Assembly: GCA_973895155.1 (NCBI GenBank)
Contig: OZ316896.1
Span: forward strand, 23,406,967 to 23,470,966
Length of the DNA stretch: 64,000 nt
Direction: 5' to 3'
Origin: Marsupella aquatica
Lineage: Eukaryota > Plantae > Marchantiophyta
How positions within the stretch are numbered: position 1 is the stretch's first letter; each line of letters begins with the position of its first letter. Below are positions 1-10,500 of the stretch, in pieces. The notes below the pieces were generated by a model. The model ran no database searches, was not told where the DNA came from, and was given only the letters and a program-made list of their open reading frames with translations. A program made the position numbers and the translations under genes.

Positions 1-2098
1 AACATTTTACACACATATACTGGACAGATCCTTCATCGGGTCATGAGATACGTAGCCGGCCTAATCTAGGCCTTCCCCTGTCTTCCCCTCCATCTTGTTA
101 GGTATGTTTGGATTCCACGGCCGGAATGATCCCCAATAGGCTTGGTTAAGCCGCTAAGACCTCTCTTAGCTCGACACATCCAACTCTCACTCCCCTGCTT
201 ACTTTCCTTCCTTCTGGTTGATGTGGGCACTCTTCACACAAGTTAATGCGACACACAAATAGCAAAATGACTCATTCTGACTGAGTCATACCATGCACTT
301 GCCATATAAACAGTACATCTCATACACAAGCTCTGCGAACTAAGCCGTGAGGCCAACTCTATTCAGCTCTTAGGCATGAGGAAACATGAATATACACAAG
401 GGTCACTGTATGACTAACCGAGAGCTTCTCGTACTACTTGATCCCAGCCCGGCTGGTGCAAACTAAAAACTTGCTAAAGAAGAGGCCCTGAGCTCCCCGC
501 TGCCCAGGTACTTATCCTGGTAGTGGATCCGCCATTCTTTGCATCGTAAGCCTAATCTACCTAACAGTAATCTACTTGCCCGAATCTACCTATGTACAGC
601 AAGGCAGGAGCACAAGTGTTGCTCCTACCAGTGGAACCGCAATCCCACTAAGCTAAGTGTCAGGGCCGCTCCTGGTCCTGATCCTAATCCTAAACTTGGA
701 GATCAGCGCCCGCCCTGCCCACTCACGCCTCCTCCCTCCACGTCCGCCCTCCCTAAAAGGAACGGCGCCCTTGCACCGTCACGACACCGGTGGAGGATCC
801 TTAATGGACGCCCCCAACGCTTCCTCCTCAGCCACTGCCGTAGGTTCATTCTCTGACAGATTACCTGCCCTTGACTGAGTCAACTCTCCATCGGCCTGAC
901 TGGGTCCACCATCGGCGTCGGCATCGGCTCGGGAATCGGTTACGGCCTCAGCCTCGGCTACGGTCTCCCCAGCCTGCTCAAGAGGCGGATCTGGAATACC
1001 GGCCTCATTACTGAGTAGTTCGGCTTGGGCCGCACCACCCCCACCTATGATGATAGCGGGATCTATTGCCGTATTCATGCCGGAGGATGGTGCTGGTTCT
1101 ACCTCCTTGGTCACCACGGCTTGTGGAGTCGGATTACTCCTTGACCCTGAAGGTTTCCGCTTTTTCTTCTTTTCTGGTTCGGCAGCTGGTCCCTTCCCCT
1201 TCCCACTTACTTCCGGCACTGGTGCAGGTGGCGCGGCTTTTTCTTTGGCCAGTACCACTCCTGGTAACTTGGTTGCCCCAATTGGAGTTGGGCCTGATGA
1301 AGACAAGCACTTAAATACTGCGGCTTGTTTCTTCAGCCGCTCCGTTTGGTTGTCGGCCCGCCGCTGGAGGTTCTCCATCTTCCTCGTGATTTCCTCCAAC
1401 TCCTCCTGGGTCTCATCCAGGTCCTTGCATGCCTCCTCTAGTTCCTTCTGGGCTTCCTCCTGTTCTTGTTTCAAGGTAGTCCTCTCCTCCCGGGTTGCTC
1501 TTAGCTCCTTGTCGAGCTCTGCAATGATGACAGACTCCATCTGGTTCATCTTGGCGTAAGTCTGTTCGAGCATCTCGTCCTTCTCCCTTAGGTCGGCCTT
1601 GAAGCTGGCCGTCAGGGACGCAAGCTCCTGCTGCAGCGCCATAATCCCTTGATAGGATTTCCCTAACTCGGCCTCCTTCTGCTCAAGGGCTCCGCGGATT
1701 TTCTCGAGCTCCCCCTTCAACGCCCATTCCTTTCTTTGGGTCTCCGCCATGGCCCGGCTGTTGGCTGTTATGTGGGCCTCCTCTGTATTCTTCAGCTCTT
1801 GCTTCCACTTCTCCCTCTCTTTGATCATGTCGGCCAACTCTCCCTGCGTCTGAGTCAGTTTATCCTTGATATTCTGATTATCAGCCTGCGCGGTGTCCAA
1901 CTGCCCCTGCATGATGTTCAGCTCATGTCGTTTAATCCGCAGTTCATCTTGGGCTTTCTTGGCCGCCCTTAGATCTTCAATCTCGGCTTCCATCCTCCTA
2001 AGCCGCCGAATGACCTCGTCCTTCTTGCTTCTCTCTAAAGCCACCGCTTCTTCTAATTGGTGCTTCTCCAACTGCTCCCTATGGAAAAAGGGTCCTAC
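1..2098 (-). mobile_element. Family A Ty3/Gypsy LTR, distal part (U5 end just off-window), interrupted at 2099 by a family B element
   Basis: Near-identical reverse complement of ~9946-12043 of the solo LTR. It breaks after CCTAC (2094-2098), where TGTGATGCCG begins. Confidence 0.9.
779..2098 (-). pseudogene. C-terminal half (coiled coil and disordered tail) of the family A LTR-encoded protein, cut by an insertion
   Basis: The 430-aa ORF is almost identical to the C-terminus of 7891..11265. Confidence 0.85.
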
Positions 2099-2456
2099 TG
2101 TGATGCCGCCGGTACGGCGGTTAATGAGTGATTCAGTCTAACTGCGCTCGGCACGCGCGTTAGGTGGGTCTTAGGCCGCTATTCTTAGCATAACGATAGT
2201 ATTTAGGTAATCATTAGGGGTAGGACATCATTAGGCAATAAGGGGGACTTCAGGTTCGGGCTGGCGGCGGGTCGCTATTCGCACACCCGGATTACGAGCG
2301 TGGAGGGGCCCCTCCCTCGGGTCCGTATAACGAACTTAAGGAAGCGGCCACTGACGCACGCTGACTCAGACCGGCGGAGTGGCCGGTACACCACAAGCAT
2401 GAGCGGTTCAACCTACGGGCGTCGAGGAGACGTCGGGGATCGACAAGCCCTCAAAG

Positions 2457-2463
2457 TATAAAA
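2457..2463 (+). promoter_or_regulatory. TATA box upstream of the family B LTR ORF
   Basis: TATAAAA followed by a CT-rich tract (2521-2562) and an in-frame ATG at 2565. Confidence 0.55.
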
Positions 2464-2564
2464 GGGGAGCCAACCCTTTGTAGTGCACCAGTCCATCAGT
2501 CCGCGCGCCAGCTTCGACCCCAGCTCTCTCGTTCTCTCTAGGTCGCCACTACTATCTCCTCTGA

Positions 2565-5237
2565 ATGTCGCACACGATCCTCTCCAGCTCGGCCATTTGA
2601 TTCTGGACGCAGTTCCTAGCTACCGGAAGGCACTTGGCCGATTCATTGAAACACGCCAACCCGCGCTGATACGAGATCGAACGCGAATACGAGAGAGCCA
2701 TCCGCCTAGCAGGACGACACCACTACGTCCTTAACTTTGACTACCCGTCTCAGAGCGAGCTTTACCGACCAGCTGAGGTATCTAGGTACTTCTTCAACAG
2801 AGACAAATATATCGGGTTCTGGGAAGCATTGCTTCGGCTTCCGGACGAGGTCTTCAATATCCCGGGTACAATCGACCTGCAGCGACATCACTTCGACCAC
2901 ATCCCTGCCCAGGTTTGGGCTGTCATTAACGGCGAGTCCAGTACCAACCGTTCGACAAGGGCATCCGTACTCGCTTCAGAGAACTTCTACCAGCACCTGC
3001 AGAGCTTCATGGGAACTCGGCCATCAACCAACATGACCAACTCAGCCGGGCCCGTACCCGTACCCGTACCCATACCCGTGCCCATGCAACCCCAGCCTCA
3101 ACCTCAGCTTCAGCTTCAGCCGCAGCCTCAGCCTCAGCCGCAGCCTAGCCAAACCCCACCACCTATCACCCAGCCAGCACAGGTACGCTCTGTCATCAAC
3201 GCTGTGGATCTTAGCGATGACGACGAGGCTACCCCACCCTTGACCAGGCGGCCCAGAGGAACAAGCGCTCGGGGGGCCGACACTATATCGTCCCCACCCC
3301 CTGCTCTGACCCCAGGAGCGGCCCCAGCAGACAACATAGTGACCGTGGCCGCCCCGGGCCCGTTACCAACCGCAGTGGCACTCCCCAGGCCCGATCGGGA
3401 GGATGGGGAAGTATCACCTTCCCCGAGTCAGTCACGGGGAAAGAAGAGGAAGGAATCCGCCACTGCGTCCGGGTTACCGTTGGCCACGGTAGCCGTAGCC
3501 AAGGTGACGATGCATCGCATGGGGGAAAACGTTCATAGCAACATCCTCCATCCCAAGCATGCGGTGTACCTGAAGACTCAGGGATTTGAGCACCTCACCT
3601 CTCTCCCCTGGAACACTTGCAGGTACTACGGGGAGGACATGACAGAATTCGTCAAGAATTATGACGACGTATGTCAATAGACTCGGCTGCGGGGAAGGAA
3701 TATGTCCCTCACAGAAGAACGGCTCAAGATGATCTTCGGGTTACCCGAAGGTGACCATCAAGTCGAATCACGGGCTCCCGGGGGCAAGGGGGCCAAGTAC
3801 CAATCTTCAAGTTTTCCCTCAGAGGGATCAGTAGACAACGGGTTCGTGATGAGGACCTGCCTCATGCCCGAGATAGCTGAGCGGCTGGAGTTCCAGAGGT
3901 ACGCTCTCCACATGATGGAACCCCGGGGGGAGATCTCCGCCGCCCAGGTTATCCAGGTCGAGAACTATCGACCTAGGAAATGGGCGTCGTACTTCGCTAA
4001 GAAATTCCATGAAGAGATGGAGCGGCGAAGGAAGACGCTGTACATTGGCGGGAAGGCGTATTTCGCTAGCCACATCGAAATCATTCTTGAGTGGTACGCC
4101 CGGTTTGATCGACGAACCCTTCCCCGCATCAACGTTACAAAGCTGGTCCCAGCTAGGTGGGTTTTTCCGGCATTGGAGAGACGGCCCCAACCCGAGGCCC
4201 GAAGTCCAGTGGACACGCCAGCTTCACCCACCCCACCTCCACAAATAGCTGTAATCGTAACCGAGGAGGCGCCGGAGGGGTCGGTCGTCGCAACCGTTGA
4301 TGCGACCCAACTAGCCGGGCTAAGTACAGAAGTTGGTACGGCAGAGGTCTTACCCGAACCCGGGTCTCCCAAGGACCCGTCGGTGGCAATTCCGGAGAAC
4401 CGGACATTGCTGCAGGAGGACACTCCAGCCCCTTCCAACGTTATGTCCCCAGGGCTGGACGTCACTGCCCCGGCCCCTGCGCGTGTTGATGTCTGCCCGT
4501 GCCCAAATCCGGACAGGCACAACTTGGACCACCCAGAACTCTTCGTACAGGGTACGTTTTTGAACGGGCTTCTGGGAGATTTCTCTCATCAAATTGCCCG
4601 GGATACCGGGGAGTTCATGGCCCGGAAGGTAGCCTGTTTCTTCAATCAGGAGTTGGTTGCCGCCGTAAAGGCAGGTCGGGCCCAGTCGGAGGCCCTTCAG
4701 AGGATAGAGCGGTACCGGGTGGAGTCCGTGTACCTAAAGAATGAAGTGGCGGCTCAAGAGGCTGAGCTTCTGCAACTGCGACCCAAGGTTGCAGCCGCCG
4801 ATGAGTTGTTAGCAAAGGCGTACGCTCTTACCGCCCTAGCCGAACAGGCCAAAGCTGGGAACGAGGCCGAGATTACACGACTCCGGAACCAGATTGACAG
4901 TTTGAAGAAACAAGCTGTCACCTGGCAGAAAGACCTGGAGGAGGCCGAGGAGCGAGCCCAGCGGGACGCGACGGAGATAGCCACGCTGCAGGCCGAGATG
5001 GCGCGGCTCCAAACCGAGGCCGAGAAGCAGGACCAGCTGGCGGGTAAACTGACGAGCGACGCCCAGCAGTTGGAGGAGGCATGTCAGGAGGTAGCAGAGG
5101 AGACGGACGCGGCGAGGCGAGAGAACGAATCTCTGCTGGACCAGGTCCAGCTCCTCAAAGCGGACAATGACAGGCTTCGAAGGCAGCGGGATGGCCGTTC
5201 CCATTCGGGCGGCTCTGGCAAGCGTGCTAGGCATTAG
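2565..5237 (+). pseudogene. Family B LTR-encoded protein (~890 codons; PMD/Transposase_32-like domain and coiled coil) with three in-frame stops
   Basis: One frame from ATG 2565 with TGA 2598, TGA 2667 and TAG 3678 joins ORFs 2829..3680 and 3702..5237. It aligns by eye to the family A protein (GFEHLTSLPW...EFV...TR..G....LT...FGLP.G). Confidence 0.8.
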
Positions 5238-5450
5238 CGGCGGAGTAGGAATAGATTAGGATTAGGATTGGCTTAGTCAGGCTCTTGGGACAGGCACCTG
5301 CCTTAGGTACAGCAGCGCTGCCCTGCTGTCTAGCCTGCGTAGATTAGGATCTTCTAATAAGACACAACCATTTTCCGGCCTGACTGTCAGCTTAGTTAGG
5401 ACCTTAGTCAGCGAATCTTCGGCGAGAGGACACCCCGTCCCTCGGCTCTT

Positions 5451-5486
5451 AGTATTTAGTGCACCCCTCGGTAGAGGCAGGGGGGG
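5451..5486 (+). promoter_or_regulatory. Putative core promoter for genomic RNA (TATA-like plus CGGTAGAGGCAGGGGGGG)
   Basis: Nearly identical motif in the otherwise dissimilar family C LTR at 23961-23997. Confidence 0.5.
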
Positions 5487-6146
5487 TTTTTAGTTTCAGA
5501 GTCGGACATCCGCGGGACATGCGGGGAGTCCCGACCTCTGGGAATGACAGAGTACCAAGGGGAGGGGGTAGGACTAAGCTCGTCGGGCGAGTGCGGAGCC
5601 GGGCTCCGTTGTAGTGTGCACCCTCGGCCTTGAACCTGTGCATTCCAGGGCTGTCGTGTCAACTAAGTGTACGCATATGTTCCCTTTGTAGTAAAATCCT
5701 TTCCCATCATTTTCCTTCGTGTAAATCGAGATTGTATGCATGTGTGCGCATATGTGTGTGGGTTTCTCGTATATGGGTGGCAGCGCCAGGCCGAACGCAC
5801 TACCCGAGACGTGCATAGGGTGCAGCCTGTGGGTAAGTGGTTGCGAGCACGGGTTGAGGACCTATATCATCGAATCCGGATCGAAGGTGGACAGCACGAA
5901 GGCTTAGAAGCCCTTAAGCCGGGGTCGATCCTGCTATCGACTAAGGTACGTTCCGGCGGCGGAACACAAACCATACCTAGGAGGTGTCCATATTTAGCAG
6001 TATGCGCACTTAGCGCTAGTTTACGAGAATAAGGTGCATTACGTGCTTCCCTTCCTGCCCGAACCCTCAGATTTACGAGGGATGTGCCCGTCTAAGCTGA
6101 AGTCTGAGTTAAGGCCGAAGCCTACGACGTGACATAGCCTTTGTTT

Positions 6147-6164
6147 TGGTGCTAGATGGAGGGG
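6147..6164 (+). promoter_or_regulatory. Primer binding site, tRNA-Asn-like
   Basis: TGGTGCTAGATGGAGGGG, one change from the family A PBS. Confidence 0.75.
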
Positions 6165-6257
6165 GCACTCTACATATCGTAGAGGGGACACATGTGCGTA
6201 TTCACCTAGGCAGGATACATCAGGACGTAGTACTAACCATTGCATTTATATGAGTAA

Positions 6258-6656
6258 ATGCCCGTCACTCGTGCTCAAGCAGCTTACTTGAGGAGATTGA
6301 CCAGCGAACGAGAAAGTGCAACCACAACAAGCTCCGACTCGTCGGGCTCGGAGGACTCGCAATCGTCCCGACGTATGAACATACCCCCGGGATCTTCGGG
6401 GTCTGGTTCGACCGGCCCTGCTGCGGTTCCACCACCACCACCACCACCACCACCTATGGCAGCCGCTCCACCGGTGGCCCGCGCTGCTCAGGCGCCTCCA
6501 CAAATATCACAACGATCGCGATTTCATTATCGACCTTTCAAAGGGCGTCATGGGGATGATCCGGATGAATGGTTGGATGAGTTTGAAGCCACTGCTAAAG
6601 CTAATGGGGAAGACGCCATTAAGCTAACCGTCCTCCCGGGAGTGATGCGGGGAGAA
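6258..6656 (+). pseudogene. gag: Family B gag, N-terminal fragment
   Basis: RSRFHYRPFKGRHGDDPDEWLDEFEATAKANGE versus family A RSRIHYKAFHGRGDEDPDEWLDDFEGTAAANGE; truncated by a deletion. Confidence 0.85.
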
Positions 6657-7513
6657 TGATCCCTTGATAGGCTTTCCTTAATTCGGCCTCCTTCTGCTCA
6701 AGGGCTCCGCGGATATCCTCAAGTTCCCCTTTTAATGCCCTCTCCTTTCTCTGGGTCTCTGCCATGGCCCGATTGTTGGCTGCTAAGTGGGCCTCCTTTG
6801 CGTCCCTTAGCTCCCGCTTCCACTTCTCCTTTTCCTTGACTGCGCCGGCCAACTCTCCTTGGGTCCGAGTCAGTTTATCTTTGATAATCTGATTGTCAGA
6901 CTACGCGGTATCCAACTGCCCCTGCATGATGTTTAGCTCATGCCGCTTGATCCGTAGCTCATCTTGGGCTTTCTTGGCCATCTTCAGGTCTTCCACCTCG
7001 GCTTCCATCTCCCTAAGCCATTGGATGACCTCGTCCTTCTTGTTTCTCTCCAAAGCCACCACTTCTTCTAATTGGTGCTTCTCCAACATCTCCCTCTGGA
7101 AAAAGGGTCCCTGCTCCAACTCCTCCCCAAAGATGCTGAGCGCAAGTTCCCCACACATCTCCCCGTACTCCATGGCTCTATCTTTAGCATAGGTGAAGTA
7201 AGTAGAAGTCATCGGCATCAACCACCGCGGCCTCTATTCCCAAGCCGTCTTGCGGATCTCTTCTATGGTGGCAAGAGGGTTGTTTCTTTTTTCGGCAAGC
7301 CGCCTGATGTCCTCCGGCCAATCTCCTCCTGGCAAATCTTTTTCCCTAGCCAGGGCTGCCTTCTCTTCCTCCCTAAGTTGCTTCTGAAACTCTTGTGCCG
7401 TTTGCTTGATGCCGTCAAAGCTTGGGGGAGCGACATCTGGTGGGGGAGACTCGGGGCTACTCTGCTGGGTGGGGTCCCCTCGAACTACTCTTGGAAGCGT
7501 GGGGATAAACCGG

Positions 7514-10500
7514 TGTGATGCCTAGACAGGAATCACTCGGCCAGTTAAGTGGGTAAACCAGGAAGGCACCCTAGGAACACCTTAGTATAGGGACAAAACA
7601 AGGAAAATATAAACCATTAGGGGCAACCATGGAACCCGGGCCGAGGCCGGAGGTAAGGACGCTGAGGGTGAAAACTCGATTAGGGTTAGGGCGCGTTAAG
7701 CGTCGGCAGCTAGGAAGGATCAACGGGAAGAAGGACCGGCAGAGGAGAGGGGTAAGGAGCGCTTGCAGGAGATGGTGGCTCATATTGCGAGCACGAACTA
7801 GGCAGACGACTACGGGAGGCCAACTACTGTCAGCTGCTTAGGCAAGCACTCGGGGAGAGAGTAGATATCGACGATCGACCTAAGGAGGGTATGAGCAACG
7901 TCAATCAAGCGGCACATTTCTGGGGATGCCTGTTCGAACGGGCAACTGAGTACATCAAGACTTACGAGGACGAGGAATCAGAAAGGGCAGCTCGAGAACG
8001 GCAGGAGCTCGCTCGATTGTGGGAGCTGCAGAAGACGGCTTTCTTAGGAGGCGAACTCATCAAGGACGAGTTCCTGTGGACGCCTACTTCCAATCAACTC
8101 GACGATCTTCTGTTTTGCAAAGACAGCGTCGTCGGCATCCAAGAGGCCATCAAGAACTGCAACGACATACACTGGGAATTAAAGGGAAGCACGGAAAGGT
8201 GGACCCAGGCAACGGTGCTAGGAGAAACCTCCACGGCAGCAGGGATGAAGAGGAAGGGAGCCGTCAACGATGAAGCCACCCCGACAAAAAGAACGAGGTC
8301 AGCGGCACCAAAGAAGCCAGCCGAGCAGCAGAGCAGGAGGCAGGGAGAAGCCGAAGAGGAGGAGGTCGATCCCATCAAGGCCATTCCAACCAGGGATGAC
8401 ACCTGGAAGGGCTGGGCGGCAACCCTACCGGTGGAGGTGCAACTACATTTTGCACGGGAGGAGGATGCATGCTTCACGGCCATGCAGACCAAGAAGTACC
8501 AAGGCTTCATGGCCGGATCCGGCTTAGAGGCCTTTGTAAGATTACCATGGCTGAAGCCGGAGGTACCGGAGTCAGACCTATTAGAATTCGTGGGGTCATG
8601 GGAACCCGAGACCAATTGCACGAGGATATATGGGAAGGATTTCTATCTTACTCCCAAGGTAATTGCCGAAGTGTTTGGCTTGCCGATAGGCAATAAGACC
8701 AAAGTTGATACCAGGAAGACCTTGCCTGACAAGGAGTTCCGGTCGTTCCCTGGGCCATCAACGAAGAATGGCTTCTTCCGGAACACCTGCACCAACCCGC
8801 ACATAGGAGAGATGATCGACTTCTTGCGGGTGACCATGCATTGTAACTTGCCGAGGGCAGAGATCGGCAAGGCACAGGTCTATCTGGCAGAAAGGCCAGA
8901 CCCAAGCCGGGACTACAACGGGTACCTCCTCAACCAATTGAAGAAGATCTTAAGGGAGGAGCAGCAGGTAATCGGCATGGGGAGCGTGTCGCGGCTTGGC
9001 TATCACATGCCGCTGTTGTGCCGGTATGCCAGAGGTCAGACTTTTGCCCCGGTACTCCCCCTGCAGGTAAGGGCACCCGAGGAAGCTCCAACGCCGAGGC
9101 CGTTGGCTGAGAAGCCTCAACCACCTGTTAGCCCTACGATCGAGCAGGTGTTTAGACCCAGGAAGGAGGACTTGCCGATGCAGCAACCAGGCATGCAGAG
9201 TCTGCTGAAACTACTGGAGAAAGAAAAGAAATCGGCATCGGCAACAACAACGGCAACGGCAACAATGCAGGACACTACTACAGAGGTAGGCCTACACCGG
9301 CTCACAAGAGAAAACCCCTTTGCTGGAGACAAGGAGAGAATCAGGCCGGAATCCAAGCCAGGTGTTCGAATGTACGTGGGAACCTCAAGCTCTGAATCTG
9401 AGGCAGAATTGCCTGAAGCTCCTACCGACGAAGAGGAGAGGGAGAAGCCGGACGTCCAAGAGGTAGAGGAGGCAGTGGAGGACTGCAGCCATGATAATTC
9501 CGGCTATGGGTCGGACCATCACGTTCCAGGAGTAAGGACCTGTGGCCGGTTTGTCCCCACACTTCCAAGGGTAGTGCGAGGGGACCCCAACCAGCAGAGT
9601 AGCCCTGAGTCTCCCCCACCAGATGTTGCTCCCCCGAGCTTCGACGGCATAAAACAGACGGTGCAGGAATTTCAGGAGCGAATCAGGCAGGAAGAGGAGG
9701 CAGCCCTGGCTAGGGAAAAGGATTTACCAGGAGGAGATTGGCCGGAGGACATCAGGTGGCTAGCCGAAAAAGGAAGCAAACCTCTAGCCACGATTGAAGA
9801 GATCCGCAGGACGGCTTGGGAGCAGAGGCCGCGATGGGCGATGCCGATCACTTCTACTTACTCCACCTACGCTAAGAATAGAGCCATGGAGTATGGTGAG
9901 ATGTGTGGGGAACTTGCGCTCGGCATCTTTGGAGAGGAGTTGGAGGTAGGACCCTTTTTCCATAGGGAGCAGTTGGAGAAGCACCAATTAGAAGAAGCGG
10001 TGGCTTTGGAGAGAAGCAAGAAGGACGAGGTCATTCGGCGGCTTAGGAGGATGGAAGCCGAGATTGAAGATCTAAGGGCGGCCAAGAAAGCCCAAGATGA
10101 ACTGCGGATTAAACGACATGAGCTGAACATCATGCAGGGGCAGTTGGACACCGCGCAGGCTGATAATCAGAATATCAAGGATAAACTGACTCAGACGCAG
10201 GGAGAGTTGGCCGACACAATCAAAGAGAGGGAGAAGTGGAAGCAAGAGCTGAAGAATACAGAGGAGGCCCACATAACAGCCAACAGCCGGGCCATGGCGG
10301 AGACCCAAAGAAAGGAATGGGCGTTGAAGGGGGAGCTCGAGAAAATCCGCGGAGCCCTTGAGCAGAAGGAGGCCGAGTTAGGGAAATCCTATCAAGGGAT
10401 TATGGCGTTGCAGCAGGAGCTTGCGTCCCTGACGGCCAGCTTCAAGGCCGACCTAAGGGAGAAGGACGAGATGCTCGAACAGACTTACGCCAAGATGAAC

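Larger units (their letters stand above)
2099..6134 (+). repeat. Family B 5' LTR (~4.04 kb)
   Basis: TG...CA ends; the end CGTGACA matches the TSD-defined end of the family C LTR; PBS follows 12 nt later. Only one copy is in the window, so the 3' boundary is inferred. Confidence 0.75.
2099..6656 (+). mobile_element. Family B Ty3/Gypsy element, truncated (5' LTR, PBS, start of gag)
   Basis: TGTGATG start, ...GACGTGACA end at 6134, PBS at 6147, gag homologous to family A gag, abrupt join to A2 LTR DNA at ~6657. Confidence 0.85.

Noticed and set aside
6640-6670. B gag/A2 LTR join as an insertion site
   Set aside because: No TG/CA terminus or TSD; it looks like a deletion junction, so it was not counted among the insertions.
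7680-7691. TTAGGGTTAGGG as a telomere remnant
   Set aside because: Only two units, a fixed part of the LTR.
7629-7890. Upstream extension (MEPG...) as the true N-terminus of the LTR protein
   Set aside because: It is out of frame in this otherwise intact copy, its ATG is only ~20 nt from the TATA-like box, and homology to family B starts at MSNV. Not fully excluded, since the frame is open in other copies.
8094-8621. Recurrent 175-aa and 170-aa antisense ORFs in LTR copies
   Set aside because: Shadows of the sense ORF; they recur because the DNA is repeated.
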